From assembly GCA_043719295.1 (NCBI GenBank), contig JAYSUD010000001.1, forward strand, positions 28,943 to 92,942: 64,000 bases of DNA. The letters run 5' to 3'. This DNA is from a bacterium (GTDB lineage Bacteria > Patescibacteriota > Minisyncoccia > Phycocordibacterales > UBA918). Under the pieces are notes generated by a model that saw only the letters and a program-made list of their open reading frames with translations, was not told the origin of the DNA and made no database searches. The translations under genes and the position numbers were made by a program. Shown here piece by piece: positions 33,344-42,029 of the stretch; position 1 is the first letter of the stretch, and each line of letters begins with the position of its first letter.

Positions 33344-34552
33344 ATGCGAATACAAGATCTTGCACAACTGTCTACTCGAGCCTTTAAAACGAACCCAATG
33401 CGTACGTGGTTGACGATTTTAGGTATGGGAGTTGGAACAGGGGCTGTGGTAATTTTGGTAGGTCTAGGGTTTGGACTTCAGCAAATTATTCTTGAGCAGA
33501 TTGTGTTCGGAGAAACACTTTTGTCACTTGGTGTTTCGGCAACAGGGGCTCAAAATTTGAAACTTACTCAAGAGACAGTTGCGCAGTTTGAAGCAAATGA
33601 ACACGTGCTTGACGCTGCACCTTTGGCTCGTTTCCCGGCACTTGTTACCTATAAAGGGTTAACAGGAAATGTGTTCATTCAAGGGGTAGAGCCACCGTAC
33701 ATTCGCTATGCAGGAGTGGTCGCTGGAGCAGGTAAAGTATTTACCGATGAAGATGCAGAAAATACAACTGAGATTATGCTTTCTCCAGCGGTATTGAAGC
33801 TTTTTGGTATTGAAGATGAAAAAACATTTATTGGTGAAAAAGTAAAATTTAGAATCTTGGTACCTGCTGAAGATGGAACAGATCAGGTGGATGAAGTTTT
33901 TATTGATAAAGAATATACCGTTAAAGGTATTACAAAAGAACAAGGGGTACTTAATGCAATGATGATGCTTCCTGAACTTCGAAGTCATATTGGTATTGAA
34001 GAGTTTGAACGGGTGCAAGTACGTGTTGATACCAATGAATTTTTGGGAGTTGTAGAAAAAGAACTTATTGAAGCAGGCTACCGAGTAACTGCACTTTCAA
34101 AAACTGTAGAGCAAGCATCAAAGATTTTCCAAGGTGTGCAGATTGTGCTTGCAACATTTGGAGGTATTGCCCTTATGGTGTCTGCTATTGGTATGTTTAA
34201 CACGATGACGGTGACACTTCTTGAGCGTACAAAAGAAATTGGAATTATGCGTACTATTGGCGCGTCACCGTCTGACATCAAGTGGCTCTTTGTTTCTGAA
34301 TCAATTGTAGTAGGTTTTCTAGGAGGAGTTTCAGGTATTGTAATGGGGGTGACGCTTGGTCTCATTATTAACCTCATGCTTAACCTAGCTGCGGGGCAAT
34401 TCGGTGGCCAATCAGTTCGACTGTTTGCCTTTCCATTAAATTTCCTTGTTTTTATTGCATTGTTCTCTGCAGGAGTTGGCTACTTAACAGGAATTTTCCC
34501 CGCAAAAAGAGCTGCGTCTTTAAATCCTTTAGATGCAATTAGGTATGAATAG
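33344..34552 (+). CDS. ABC transporter permease, MacB/FtsX family (N-terminal TM, large extracytoplasmic domain, C-terminal FtsX 3-TM bundle)
   Basis: Architecture and C-terminal ...MRTIGASPSDIKWLFVSESIVVGFLGG...PAKRAASLNPLDAIRYE typical of the FtsX-like permease domain; adjacent to NBD gene. Confidence 0.75.
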   Translation: MRIQDLAQLSTRAFKTNPMRTWLTILGMGVGTGAVVILVGLGFGLQQIILEQIVFGETLLSLGVSATGAQNLKLTQETVAQFEANEHVLDAAPLARFPALVTYKGLTGNVFIQGVEPPYIRYAGVVAGAGKVFTDEDAENTTEIMLSPAVLKLFGIEDEKTFIGEKVKFRILVPAEDGTDQVDEVFIDKEYTVKGITKEQGVLNAMMMLPELRSHIGIEEFERVQVRVDTNEFLGVVEKELIEAGYRVTALSKTVEQASKIFQGVQIVLATFGGIALMVSAIGMFNTMTVTLLERTKEIGIMRTIGASPSDIKWLFVSESIVVGFLGGVSGIVMGVTLGLIINLMLNLAAGQFGGQSVRLFAFPLNFLVFIALFSAGVGYLTGIFPAKRAASLNPLDAIRYE

Positions 34553-34646
34553 GGTATATCCTGTTTATAACACAGCTGGTAAAATGTGTATAACTCTGCA
34601 TCTTTTCGTAAAGTTTTAGTTACAATACTAGTAGTTACTAATATTT

Positions 34647-36500
34647 ATGTCGTACAACATGAAAGAGCTGCCACAATACATCAACACGGCAGGTAAAATA
34701 ACCGTCATCACATCACTTCTTGGAGTGGTTGCTTTTGCAGTTGTCTTCCTGCTTAACATCGGAGCTCAAGAGCTTCGTCAAGCAGAGGCACAAGGAATGG
34801 CGACAACAACTGTCACGGTTTTAAACACTCCTCCGCAATGGACGGTTGACGCAAGAGAATCAACTCCTTCATCTACAACAACCCCAACAAACTCAGGTTC
34901 TGTTATTACTTGGCGAGCAATTGCAACTGACTCGAACGCAGAAAGTTATTACCTGTTGGTTTGTAATAATGGTAACGCGCCAACAGCAAACCCAGCAGCA
35001 GTACCAACGTGTGGAGCTGGTGCAGTACGATGGGCAGTATCTTCCTTTACAGCAAGTGCAGCCCAAGCAAGTGCAGCAACAACAACAACCGAAGCATTTG
35101 CTGAATCAAATGCATGGTTTGCCTGGATTTGTGACGCAGTTGCAGTAAGTCCAAGATGCAACTCTCTTTTCAAACAAGGAACAGGTTCAACTTCTTCTCC
35201 GTTTAACGTAAACCACCGACCAACATTTACCGTATTTGCAGATAACTCACCTGCACTTCCTGGTGCAACAGTAAGCTTTACCTCAACTGCATCTGATGCG
35301 GATACAGTGACGTCGTCTGACACCGTTAAACTCTATGTCTGTTCAACTGCAGTATTTGCAACATCAACTGACACGTGTGGAGGTCTTCTACTTGCTAGTT
35401 CTACACTCTCAGCATCTAATCCAACAGCGAACTATGTCATTCCAATTCCAACACAAGATCAGAACTATGGAGCTTTTGGATACATTGTTGACAATCATGG
35501 CCATGAAGCTTCTGGAGGATCCCAGGCATCAAACTCAATTTTGACTGTTTCTAATGCAACTCCATCTGTAACCGCAGCTCAGATTACTCTTAACGGGGGA
35601 ATTGACATGACGTTAGCTGTAGAAGCAGGTCAAACAACGGGTTACACACTTCAGTATGTAGCTACCGATAACAATAGTTGCCAAAATGCATCCGCAGGAA
35701 GAGAAATAACTCGAAATATTGTTTCAGTGTATCGATCAGGTATTGGATCAACTACGTGTAATGGTAGCGCGGGTGCGTATAATGCAAACAACTGTTACGG
35801 AAGTAGAATCGCAACATCAACTTGGAACCTATCATGTACAGCCTCAACTACAAGTTGTGGAGGGGCAGCTGACACAACTCAGATTTTCGATTGTACGTTC
35901 CCGCTTTGGTATATCGCTGACCCAACTGACGGTACTGCAACAAGTACTCAATATTCAGCACAAGATTGGAGAGCCGCAGTATCAGCAATTGATGACAATA
36001 GTGCAACAAGTTCATTCACGCAAAGTTCAACTGCAAACATTGACGTATTAAGTTATCTATCAATGGCACTTAACACTCTTGCTATACCGTATGGTTCACT
36101 TGAGCCAGGGCAAAGGACTGACCCTCTGGCTGCAACAACCACAATTTCCGCAACAGGTAACGTCGGTCTTGATGAGCGACTAACAGGAGAATCAATGTGT
36201 ACGTACTACACTTCAGCAGTAAGTTGTAACAACTCTGCAACATCAACAGTCGCCGATTTCAATCAGGTATTTGGAACCTCTTCTGTAACGTATGGCTTTG
36301 CAACTTCAGCTGGAAGAACACTTTCATCAACCACACAAAAAGAACTTGAGATTAACGTTAAGAAGTCTACAACAACATTGACACAGGCTACAGGAAGAAC
36401 ATATTGGGGTATTAACATCCCTGCAACTATTACACTCGCAGGTTCATATACAGGTGAAAACACATTCTACGCAGTTGTTGGAGAGTCTGCATTCTGGTAA
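34647..36500 (+). CDS. Secreted Thr/Ser/Ala-rich surface protein with WxL-like C-terminal domain (divergent member)
   Basis: N-terminal TM; C-terminus ...LAIPYGSL...ISATGNVGLD...TYWGINIPATITLAGSYTGENTFYAVVGESAFW parallels the C-termini of the 12995 and 48833 giants. Confidence 0.5.
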   Translation: MSYNMKELPQYINTAGKITVITSLLGVVAFAVVFLLNIGAQELRQAEAQGMATTTVTVLNTPPQWTVDARESTPSSTTTPTNSGSVITWRAIATDSNAESYYLLVCNNGNAPTANPAAVPTCGAGAVRWAVSSFTASAAQASAATTTTEAFAESNAWFAWICDAVAVSPRCNSLFKQGTGSTSSPFNVNHRPTFTVFADNSPALPGATVSFTSTASDADTVTSSDTVKLYVCSTAVFATSTDTCGGLLLASSTLSASNPTANYVIPIPTQDQNYGAFGYIVDNHGHEASGGSQASNSILTVSNATPSVTAAQITLNGGIDMTLAVEAGQTTGYTLQYVATDNNSCQNASAGREITRNIVSVYRSGIGSTTCNGSAGAYNANNCYGSRIATSTWNLSCTASTTSCGGAADTTQIFDCTFPLWYIADPTDGTATSTQYSAQDWRAAVSAIDDNSATSSFTQSSTANIDVLSYLSMALNTLAIPYGSLEPGQRTDPLAATTTISATGNVGLDERLTGESMCTYYTSAVSCNNSATSTVADFNQVFGTSSVTYGFATSAGRTLSSTTQKELEINVKKSTTTLTQATGRTYWGINIPATITLAGSYTGENTFYAVVGESAFW

Positions 36501-36599
36501 AAAACATTCGCAGCAAAACAGTTAGTTATTAGCTGTAATCTTCTTGCGTTCTTAAGGTTTATTGTTGATAATTAACACGTCAAACCCGCAACACTAAAA

Positions 36600-37544
36600 A
36601 TGAAATTTGTTAAATTATTTTGCATAGGGTTGCTCCTTTTTACCCAATTGGGAGCACCATTTGCATTGGCAGGTTTCGGTGTTACTCCCCCCTACGTTCG
36701 TAATACAAGCCTCACACGAAACTCTACTTATGAGCAACAAATTCTTCTAGTTAGAGGAGATCCTGCCTTTCCACTTAAAGCAACAGTAATTGTTGATGCA
36801 CCAGAAATCTTAACGTGGATTGAAATTGTTGAAGGGACTGAGTTTGAGCTTCCAAAAGGTGAACAAAAAGTTCCAATGACCGTGCGAATCAAGGTCCCGA
36901 AAGATGCAGAGTTTAAAAACTATACTGGAGCAATTCGTGTCAAAACAGGTGCATCAAACGATGCAGTCGCGTCAGGTGCCGTTAATATTTCTTTGGGTGC
37001 ACAGATTGATATTGAGCTTGATGTCATTGATAAAGAGATTAAAGATTTTCGTATTCAGAAGATTGGAATATCTGACTTAAATGCAGGTCACAAATTCGCA
37101 TGGCTCTACTTCCCAGGAAAGATCAATTTTAATATGCTTGTAGAGAATATTGGTAACGTTGACGTCGCTCCTTCAAAAGTAACGTTCAGCATCTTTGACG
37201 CAACTGGAAACGTACTTCTTGAAGATATTAAAAATAAAGGCTCAATCAAAGAAGTAGCCCCGTATGGAGCAGAACAAGTAACGGCATCACTTCCAACACG
37301 ATTACCACCAGGTACCTACATAGCGCGATATAAGATTTTTAACGATGACGACATCAAACAAGAGGGTGAGGTTAATGTAAACGTACTGCCGTACGGGACA
37401 TTACAAGTTGCAGGTTTTGGTTTTATAGGTCTTTCACTTGCACATCAGATTTCTGTTATTCTCCCAATCCTCGCACTCTTGTCAATTATAATCTTTACCA
37501 TATACACAGTTAAGGAGCGTCGACTAAGAAAAAATGCCGTATAA
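36600..37544 (+). CDS. CscA/DUF916-like cell-surface protein with C-terminal TM anchor
   Basis: Signal peptide, two beta-sandwich-like halves (…GEQKVPMTVRIKVPKDAEFKNYTGAIRV…; …ENIGNVDVAPSKVTFSIFDATGN…), C-terminal TM ILPILALLSIIIFTIYTV + KERRLRKN; directly follows a WxL-like protein. Confidence 0.5.
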   Translation: MKFVKLFCIGLLLFTQLGAPFALAGFGVTPPYVRNTSLTRNSTYEQQILLVRGDPAFPLKATVIVDAPEILTWIEIVEGTEFELPKGEQKVPMTVRIKVPKDAEFKNYTGAIRVKTGASNDAVASGAVNISLGAQIDIELDVIDKEIKDFRIQKIGISDLNAGHKFAWLYFPGKINFNMLVENIGNVDVAPSKVTFSIFDATGNVLLEDIKNKGSIKEVAPYGAEQVTASLPTRLPPGTYIARYKIFNDDDIKQEGEVNVNVLPYGTLQVAGFGFIGLSLAHQISVILPILALLSIIIFTIYTVKERRLRKNAV

Positions 37545-37547
37545 CGT

Positions 37548-38684
37548 ATGTATGCAACATTGTACGCTTTCAACAAAATTGTAGTTGCATTGCTCATAAT
37601 TCTTTTTCTCGTACAGCCACTTAATTCATTTGCTCAGATAAGCCCAGGGTACGTTTCAACTACTACTTTTACCTTAAGTATTTGCGGAAATGTGCTAGTG
37701 GATGACGGTGAGGAGTGTGATGTGCTTGGAGAAACTGGTGGATACAGCACTACTATCATAGGGCGTCAGTGTGATGTTGATTGTCAGTATGGACCCTACT
37801 GTGGTGATGCAATTTTACAGACTATTTTTGGTGAGGAATGTGACGACGGAAACAATGCTGATGCCGATTTTTGTAGTGCTGAATGTACCATTGAACCAGC
37901 AGGAAGTGGCGGTGGAGGCTCTTCAGGAGGTGGAAGTGGGGGAAGTGGAGGAAGTACTGAAGATCTAGGAGATACAAAAGTGAGTATTACCGGAAGGGGG
38001 TTTCCAAGTCAAACAGTACACGTTCTTTTGGATTCAAGAGAAATAAGTACGGTTCGTGCAGATAGCACAGGTAAATTTACCTTTGCAACAAATGCATCTC
38101 CTGGGACTGTCTCTATGGGTTTTTGGTCACTTGACCTCAATAGAATTAAATCAATTACCTACAATACAACGTTCGATGTAACGCAAGGAGCAATTACAAA
38201 CGTTAATAGTGTTTTGATTCCTCCAACACTTGCAGTTGATAAAGCAGTATTGAATTCTGGCGACACTATAAACTTCAGTGGTCAGACAATACCAAACACA
38301 AAAGTTGAAGTGCATATTAATAACAGTGAAAAAGTACTCACGACAACTTCAGGTGCCAACGGTGTTTGGACAGTACCGTATGTCACAACTGGTTTAAGCA
38401 ACAAAGAGCATACCGCACGCGCACGTTTTATTTTGGGTGCTGGTACACTAACCACACAAAGTAGTTTTAGTACCACGCTGCAGCTTGCTGTGGGGGTTGC
38501 AGGTCGTTCCTCAACACCATCAGACTTGAATCGAGATGGAAACATAAATCTTACTGACTTTTCTATTTTAATTTTCTGGTGGGGAAAAGACGGCGGTAAC
38601 TCAGATCCAAAAGCCGACATCAACGGAAATGGAAATGTAGGCCTAGAAGACTTTTCGATCTTACTATTCAACTGGACGGGCTAA
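37548..38684 (+). CDS. Secreted protein with Myxococcus-type cysteine-rich repeats, Gly/Ser linker, Ig-like region and C-terminal dockerin
   Basis: CGNVLVDDGEECDVLGE...CGDAILQTIFGEECDDGNNADADFCSAECTIE fits the C-x-DG-x-EECDDGN-x-DGDGCS-x-C repeat; C-terminus DLNRDGNINLTDFSILIFWWGK / DINGNGNVGLEDFSILLFNWTG dockerin repeats. Confidence 0.65.
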   Translation: MYATLYAFNKIVVALLIILFLVQPLNSFAQISPGYVSTTTFTLSICGNVLVDDGEECDVLGETGGYSTTIIGRQCDVDCQYGPYCGDAILQTIFGEECDDGNNADADFCSAECTIEPAGSGGGGSSGGGSGGSGGSTEDLGDTKVSITGRGFPSQTVHVLLDSREISTVRADSTGKFTFATNASPGTVSMGFWSLDLNRIKSITYNTTFDVTQGAITNVNSVLIPPTLAVDKAVLNSGDTINFSGQTIPNTKVEVHINNSEKVLTTTSGANGVWTVPYVTTGLSNKEHTARARFILGAGTLTTQSSFSTTLQLAVGVAGRSSTPSDLNRDGNINLTDFSILIFWWGKDGGNSDPKADINGNGNVGLEDFSILLFNWTG

Positions 38685-38687
38685 AGC

Positions 38688-38806
38688 GCAAAAAACAAAC
38701 TCATCTACTTCGTTGCGATGCAGAAATTTTTCTTCAATGTACTCAATGTACACCTCAGAAAAACTTCTTTCCGCGCCTCGTATCTAAGTCTGTTTTTTGT
38801 GCTTTA
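38688..38806 (+). repeat. Family-2 element (copy R2)
   Basis: Outer inverted repeat CTAAAGCGCAAAAAACAAACTCA/TAAGTCTGTTTTTTGTGCTTTAG around core ACTTCGTTGCGATGCAGAAATTTTTCTTC...CGCGCCTCGTA. Confidence 0.6.
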
Positions 38807-38825
38807 GTGAAATGAGCCACAGAGC

Positions 38826-39320
38826 GCAGCGACAATGGCGAATTTCGTTCCCAATTTTATGCTGCTGCCCGAGAACATACTGTAGAACCTCGGCGTTAGC
38901 CGTGTTCTACAGTATGTTCAGCAGAAAATGAGAACTCTCAAATGCTAAATTTACTCAGTCTGTTGTAGCGACAATGGCAAATTTCCGTCCCAATTTTCGC
39001 GTTGACCAAGAGTTCTGTTCTGAGCCTCGGCGTAAGCCGTGCTCTGAATAGAACTCAGCGGAAATTGCTGGACGTCTCTATAATTCCAGTTAACTCAGTC
39101 TGTTGTAGCGACTATTACGAACTTTACCTAATTTTCAACGACCTTAAGGGAGTATGAAAATGGATATACCCTTGTGGTGCCGTCCCAATTTCAGCGTTGC
39201 CCGAGAGTGAGTAGTAGAACCTTGGCGTTAGCAGTGTTCTACGAAGCACGGAGCAGAAAATCTTGCGTCCCAAACGCTATGGAATCTCTGTCTACTGTAG
39301 CGACTGTGGCAAAAAAATTG
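38826..39320. repeat. Cluster of ~4 family-1 hairpin elements plus leader remnants
   Basis: Copies ~38826-38945, 38965-39079, 39176-39280 with leader motif GTAGCGACAATGGC(G/A)AATTTC and loop CCTCGGCGTTAGCCGTG; leader-only remnants at ~39095-39130 and ~39292-39320. Confidence 0.75.
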
Positions 39321-39357
39321 ATCGTCTGCACCCCTCCCTCCACTAATGACTTTATAT

Positions 39358-39379
39358 ATTACTCCAATCGATTGGAGTA
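39358..39379. promoter_or_regulatory. Perfect palindrome TTACTCCAATCGATTGGAGTAA at 3' end of regulator gene (identical copy at 39807-39826)
   Basis: Seen directly; the two identical 20-bp palindromes bracket the 39381..39791 gene. Confidence 0.5.
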
Positions 39380-39380
39380 A

Positions 39381-39791
39381 TTAAGAGCGTATACCTTTGT
39401 ACCTATCGAGACCGACACGGTGGGGTATTATGCCTCCGGCATGTAAGAGTGAATCTACGACTTCAAGGATCGCTATATAAACCTCGAGATGATTTTTAAG
39501 TGTTTTTGTTACTTCTACATAAGCATCACCACTTCTCCTTGCCTGTATGTTTTTTATTGTAGATTGACTTAGTTTTAAAGTTTCAGCTATACGATAACTT
39601 GAATACCCCTCTTTAAGCATCACAATAACAGCAAGTCGTTTAGCGAGCATCAATCGTTCCTCAGGTCCAATCAGTCCATTGAGAAATACACTGATTTTAT
39701 CAGGTGCTAGTTCTCCTAAAACTGTATCCAATTGTTTGTTCAAACTTTTGATGTTCTTGGCAGGGAGTAAATTTTTATTTATGCGTACCAT
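39381..39791 (-). CDS. TrpR/YerC-YecD-like small DNA-binding regulator
   Basis: ...EERLMLAKRLAVIVMLKEGYSSYRIAETLKLSQSTIKNIQARRSG resembles the YerC/TrpR-like HTH (…LAQRLEVARMLREG.TYQDI...ISSATISRV). My hand index puts the stop codon one base earlier, so gene and palindrome coordinates carry a possible ±1 error. Confidence 0.5.
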   Translation of the reverse strand: MVRINKNLLPAKNIKSLNKQLDTVLGELAPDKISVFLNGLIGPEERLMLAKRLAVIVMLKEGYSSYRIAETLKLSQSTIKNIQARRSGDAYVEVTKTLKNHLEVYIAILEVVDSLLHAGGIIPHRVGLDRYKGIRS

Positions 39792-39806
39792 GTACTAAGT
39801 ATAATA

Positions 39807-39826
39807 TACTCCAATCGATTGGAGTA
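39807..39826. promoter_or_regulatory. Palindrome TACTCCAATCGATTGGAGTA immediately upstream (promoter region) of the minus-strand regulator gene; candidate autoregulatory operator
   Basis: Lies 16 bp upstream of the start codon, adjacent to a TATTAT -10-like hexamer on the minus strand. Confidence 0.45.
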
Positions 39827-40008
39827 ACAGTTTTTATGCTAGTTCTAGTATCGTTTTATAAGTTCAATTAATTTTGTTGAGATTTTGTGTAAGATAATTG
39901 AACCAACAAATTGGTATGGTATGTGAAATGTAATTGGTATCACTGCACACATCTGTATCTCTCTCTAAACTAAATCTCGAATTTTGAGTCAAAAGAAAAT
40001 GAGTTCTG

Positions 40009-40440
40009 TTGACGTTGGAGACGCACAATCGGTTTTCACTAAACATGATTGCAAGCACAGCTAATGCTGAGGCAAAAGAGTTATGCTCTATGACAGCAAC
40101 AGAAACTGGGATGGGAAATTACAAGATAGTTTTGTGTCGGTGTTGGAGTGTTCCAGCGGTTTTTTGTTGAACATAATATTGCACACGGCAAGCCGAGGTG
40201 CAATATTATGTTCTTTGGCAACAACAAAAACCGGGTGAGAAAGTGTGGAACACTTTCGCAAGACTCTTTGAGAGACTTTGTGAGAGAAGCGAAATAAAGT
40301 ATCCAATGAGTGGACAGCTTCTGTTAAGAAGATAAATTCGCAATAGTCGCTACTTCTTACAGAAGCTGTTTAGGTCGTCACTATTTTATTCAAAATAGTA
40401 GTCAACCTCTTGCAAAAGCGTCCCACGCTTTTTCACTCGT
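40009..40440. repeat. Cluster of degenerate family-1 elements (two '-' copies ~40013-40138, 40140-40258) plus family-3/leader hairpin modules (40295-40355, 40405-40440)
   Basis: GTTGGAGTGTTCCAGCGGTTTTTTGTTG AACATAATATTGCAC...GTGCAATATTATGTTC ...CAACAACAAAAACCGGG; CAGCTTCTGTTAAGAAG...CTTCTTACAGAAGCTG hairpin enclosing GTAGCGACTATTGCGAATT; CTTGCAAAAGCGTCCCACGCTTTTTCAC. Confidence 0.65.
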
Positions 40441-40736
40441 TTGCTTATTTTTTATGTGTATAACCCATCAATTATTTTTTACAACAAAGCTACAATGAAG
40501 GAGTACTTGTTGCAGATGTAGTCCTTTAGAACTACTGCGTTACGTCGCGTCGTAACGGGCATCTTCAGCCGGATGTTATGCAACGAGTGTACGTACATAT
40601 CTAGTCTCGTGCCTTGGGCGTGGAGACCCGATGCACAACTTCTTTTTGCCCTACCACAAGCAAAATTAAATCTTGAATCTTTGCATACAAACAAAGAAAT
40701 AAGAAAGGTGTGCGTTAAAAACCAACGAAAGAGCAT

Positions 40737-41882
40737 ATGTTGAAAACGGAAAAAACCGTTATATTGCTCAAAACTATTGCAACGGTGGCAGGCTTCGCGA
40801 TCATTTTATGGTCACTTGGTCTGCCGTCACTCCGCTTTGCGGACGCCGCAAACATCACGGATGTTAGCGACACACTCTCAGATTCAGCACCGAGTGCTGC
40901 ATCAGATCACACGCTTTCGTTCGTAACTCCAACAGGAGTTTTAAACGGAGCAACCACAACCATCACGTTTCCAGCAGGATTCACGGGAATTGGTGCACTT
41001 GGTGTTGAAGATGTAGACTTTGCGTCTTCATCTGATATGTCAATTGCAACCACGTGTAGCGGTTCTGAACGAGTAAGATTTATTCCTTCAGGCCAGACGG
41101 TAAGTTTTGTTTTCTGTCCAGGTGACGGAGGAGTGCTTGCAGCTGGTGCTACCACTACTATCCAAATTGGTTTTAATGCCACATTTGGTTCAGCGGGTAA
41201 TTCTCGGATATCGAATCCAGCAGGAGAAGGATCATATGAAATCGGCTTTACGGTCGGTGCATCTGATTCTGGATGGACTCGAGTTGTAATCTTAAGTGAT
41301 GTACTTGTTACAGCGGCTGTTGACACAATCTTTACGTTCGCTGTCGCGGGCTTAGGTGCGGGTCAAACAGTTAATGGGACAACAACAACAGGAATTACTG
41401 GTTCAACCACTATTCCTTTTGGTACACTCGCAGCTGGAGTAGCAACTCGAACAGCACAAAGTCTCACAGTAAATACAAATGCGGCTAATGGGTATGTTGT
41501 CACCGTACAACTTGACCAACCTCTTCAGTCATCAACTGGAGCGGACATTGACGGATTTGCTCAAGGATCGTACACAAATACTCCCGTTGCATGGGTAGCT
41601 CCAACAAGTGTTGTTGGTAGCGAAAACACTTATGGACACTGGGGTATAACTTCTGACGATGCAACCACAACACGAAGCGTAGGAGATGAGTTCAATGCTA
41701 ATGAATTTGCATCAGCAAGCACATCACCTCGCGTAGTTATGAGCCATACAGGACCAACAAATGGTACTATAACTGGCGAAGGGACTACACGTGTAGGTTA
41801 CAAAATTCAGATTGGTGGACTCCAAGAGGCTGGAGATGATTACACTGCTACGCTTACGTACGTAGCAACTCCTACTTTTTAA
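40737..41882 (+). CDS. Secreted cell-surface protein, paralog of 3084..4151 (shared N-terminal module and WxL-like C-terminal domain)
   Basis: ADAANITDVSDTLSDS...HTLSFVTPTGV...TITFPAGF; C-terminus ...TYGHWGITSDDATTTRSV...GDDYTATLTYVATPTF. Confidence 0.6.
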   Translation: MLKTEKTVILLKTIATVAGFAIILWSLGLPSLRFADAANITDVSDTLSDSAPSAASDHTLSFVTPTGVLNGATTTITFPAGFTGIGALGVEDVDFASSSDMSIATTCSGSERVRFIPSGQTVSFVFCPGDGGVLAAGATTTIQIGFNATFGSAGNSRISNPAGEGSYEIGFTVGASDSGWTRVVILSDVLVTAAVDTIFTFAVAGLGAGQTVNGTTTTGITGSTTIPFGTLAAGVATRTAQSLTVNTNAANGYVVTVQLDQPLQSSTGADIDGFAQGSYTNTPVAWVAPTSVVGSENTYGHWGITSDDATTTRSVGDEFNANEFASASTSPRVVMSHTGPTNGTITGEGTTRVGYKIQIGGLQEAGDDYTATLTYVATPTF

Positions 41883-41989
41883 AGAAATAATATACTCGCG
41901 TTACATTATTTTCTTGTACGGTTTATACGAAATATCTGTCGCGTCAGAGAATGCCAGTAAACCGAAAAATTGCAATAGCAAGAGCATCA

Positions 41990-42024
41990 AAAAACCTATC
42001 TCCCACCACGAGTAGGTTTTTTGT
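41990..42024 (+). terminator. Rho-independent terminator after 40737..41882
   Basis: AAAAACCTATCTCCCACCACGAGTAGGTTTTTTG: 8-bp stem AAAACCTA/TAGGTTTT plus T-run. Confidence 0.6.
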
Positions 42025-42029
42025 TTGTG

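Noticed and set aside
39864-40736. Minus-strand ORFs 39864..40058, 40088..40306, 40479..40736 and plus ORFs 651..851, 1263..1517
   Set aside because: They overlap palindromic repeat elements or REP hairpins, have no RBS or motifs, and their 'proteins' are translations of repeat DNA.
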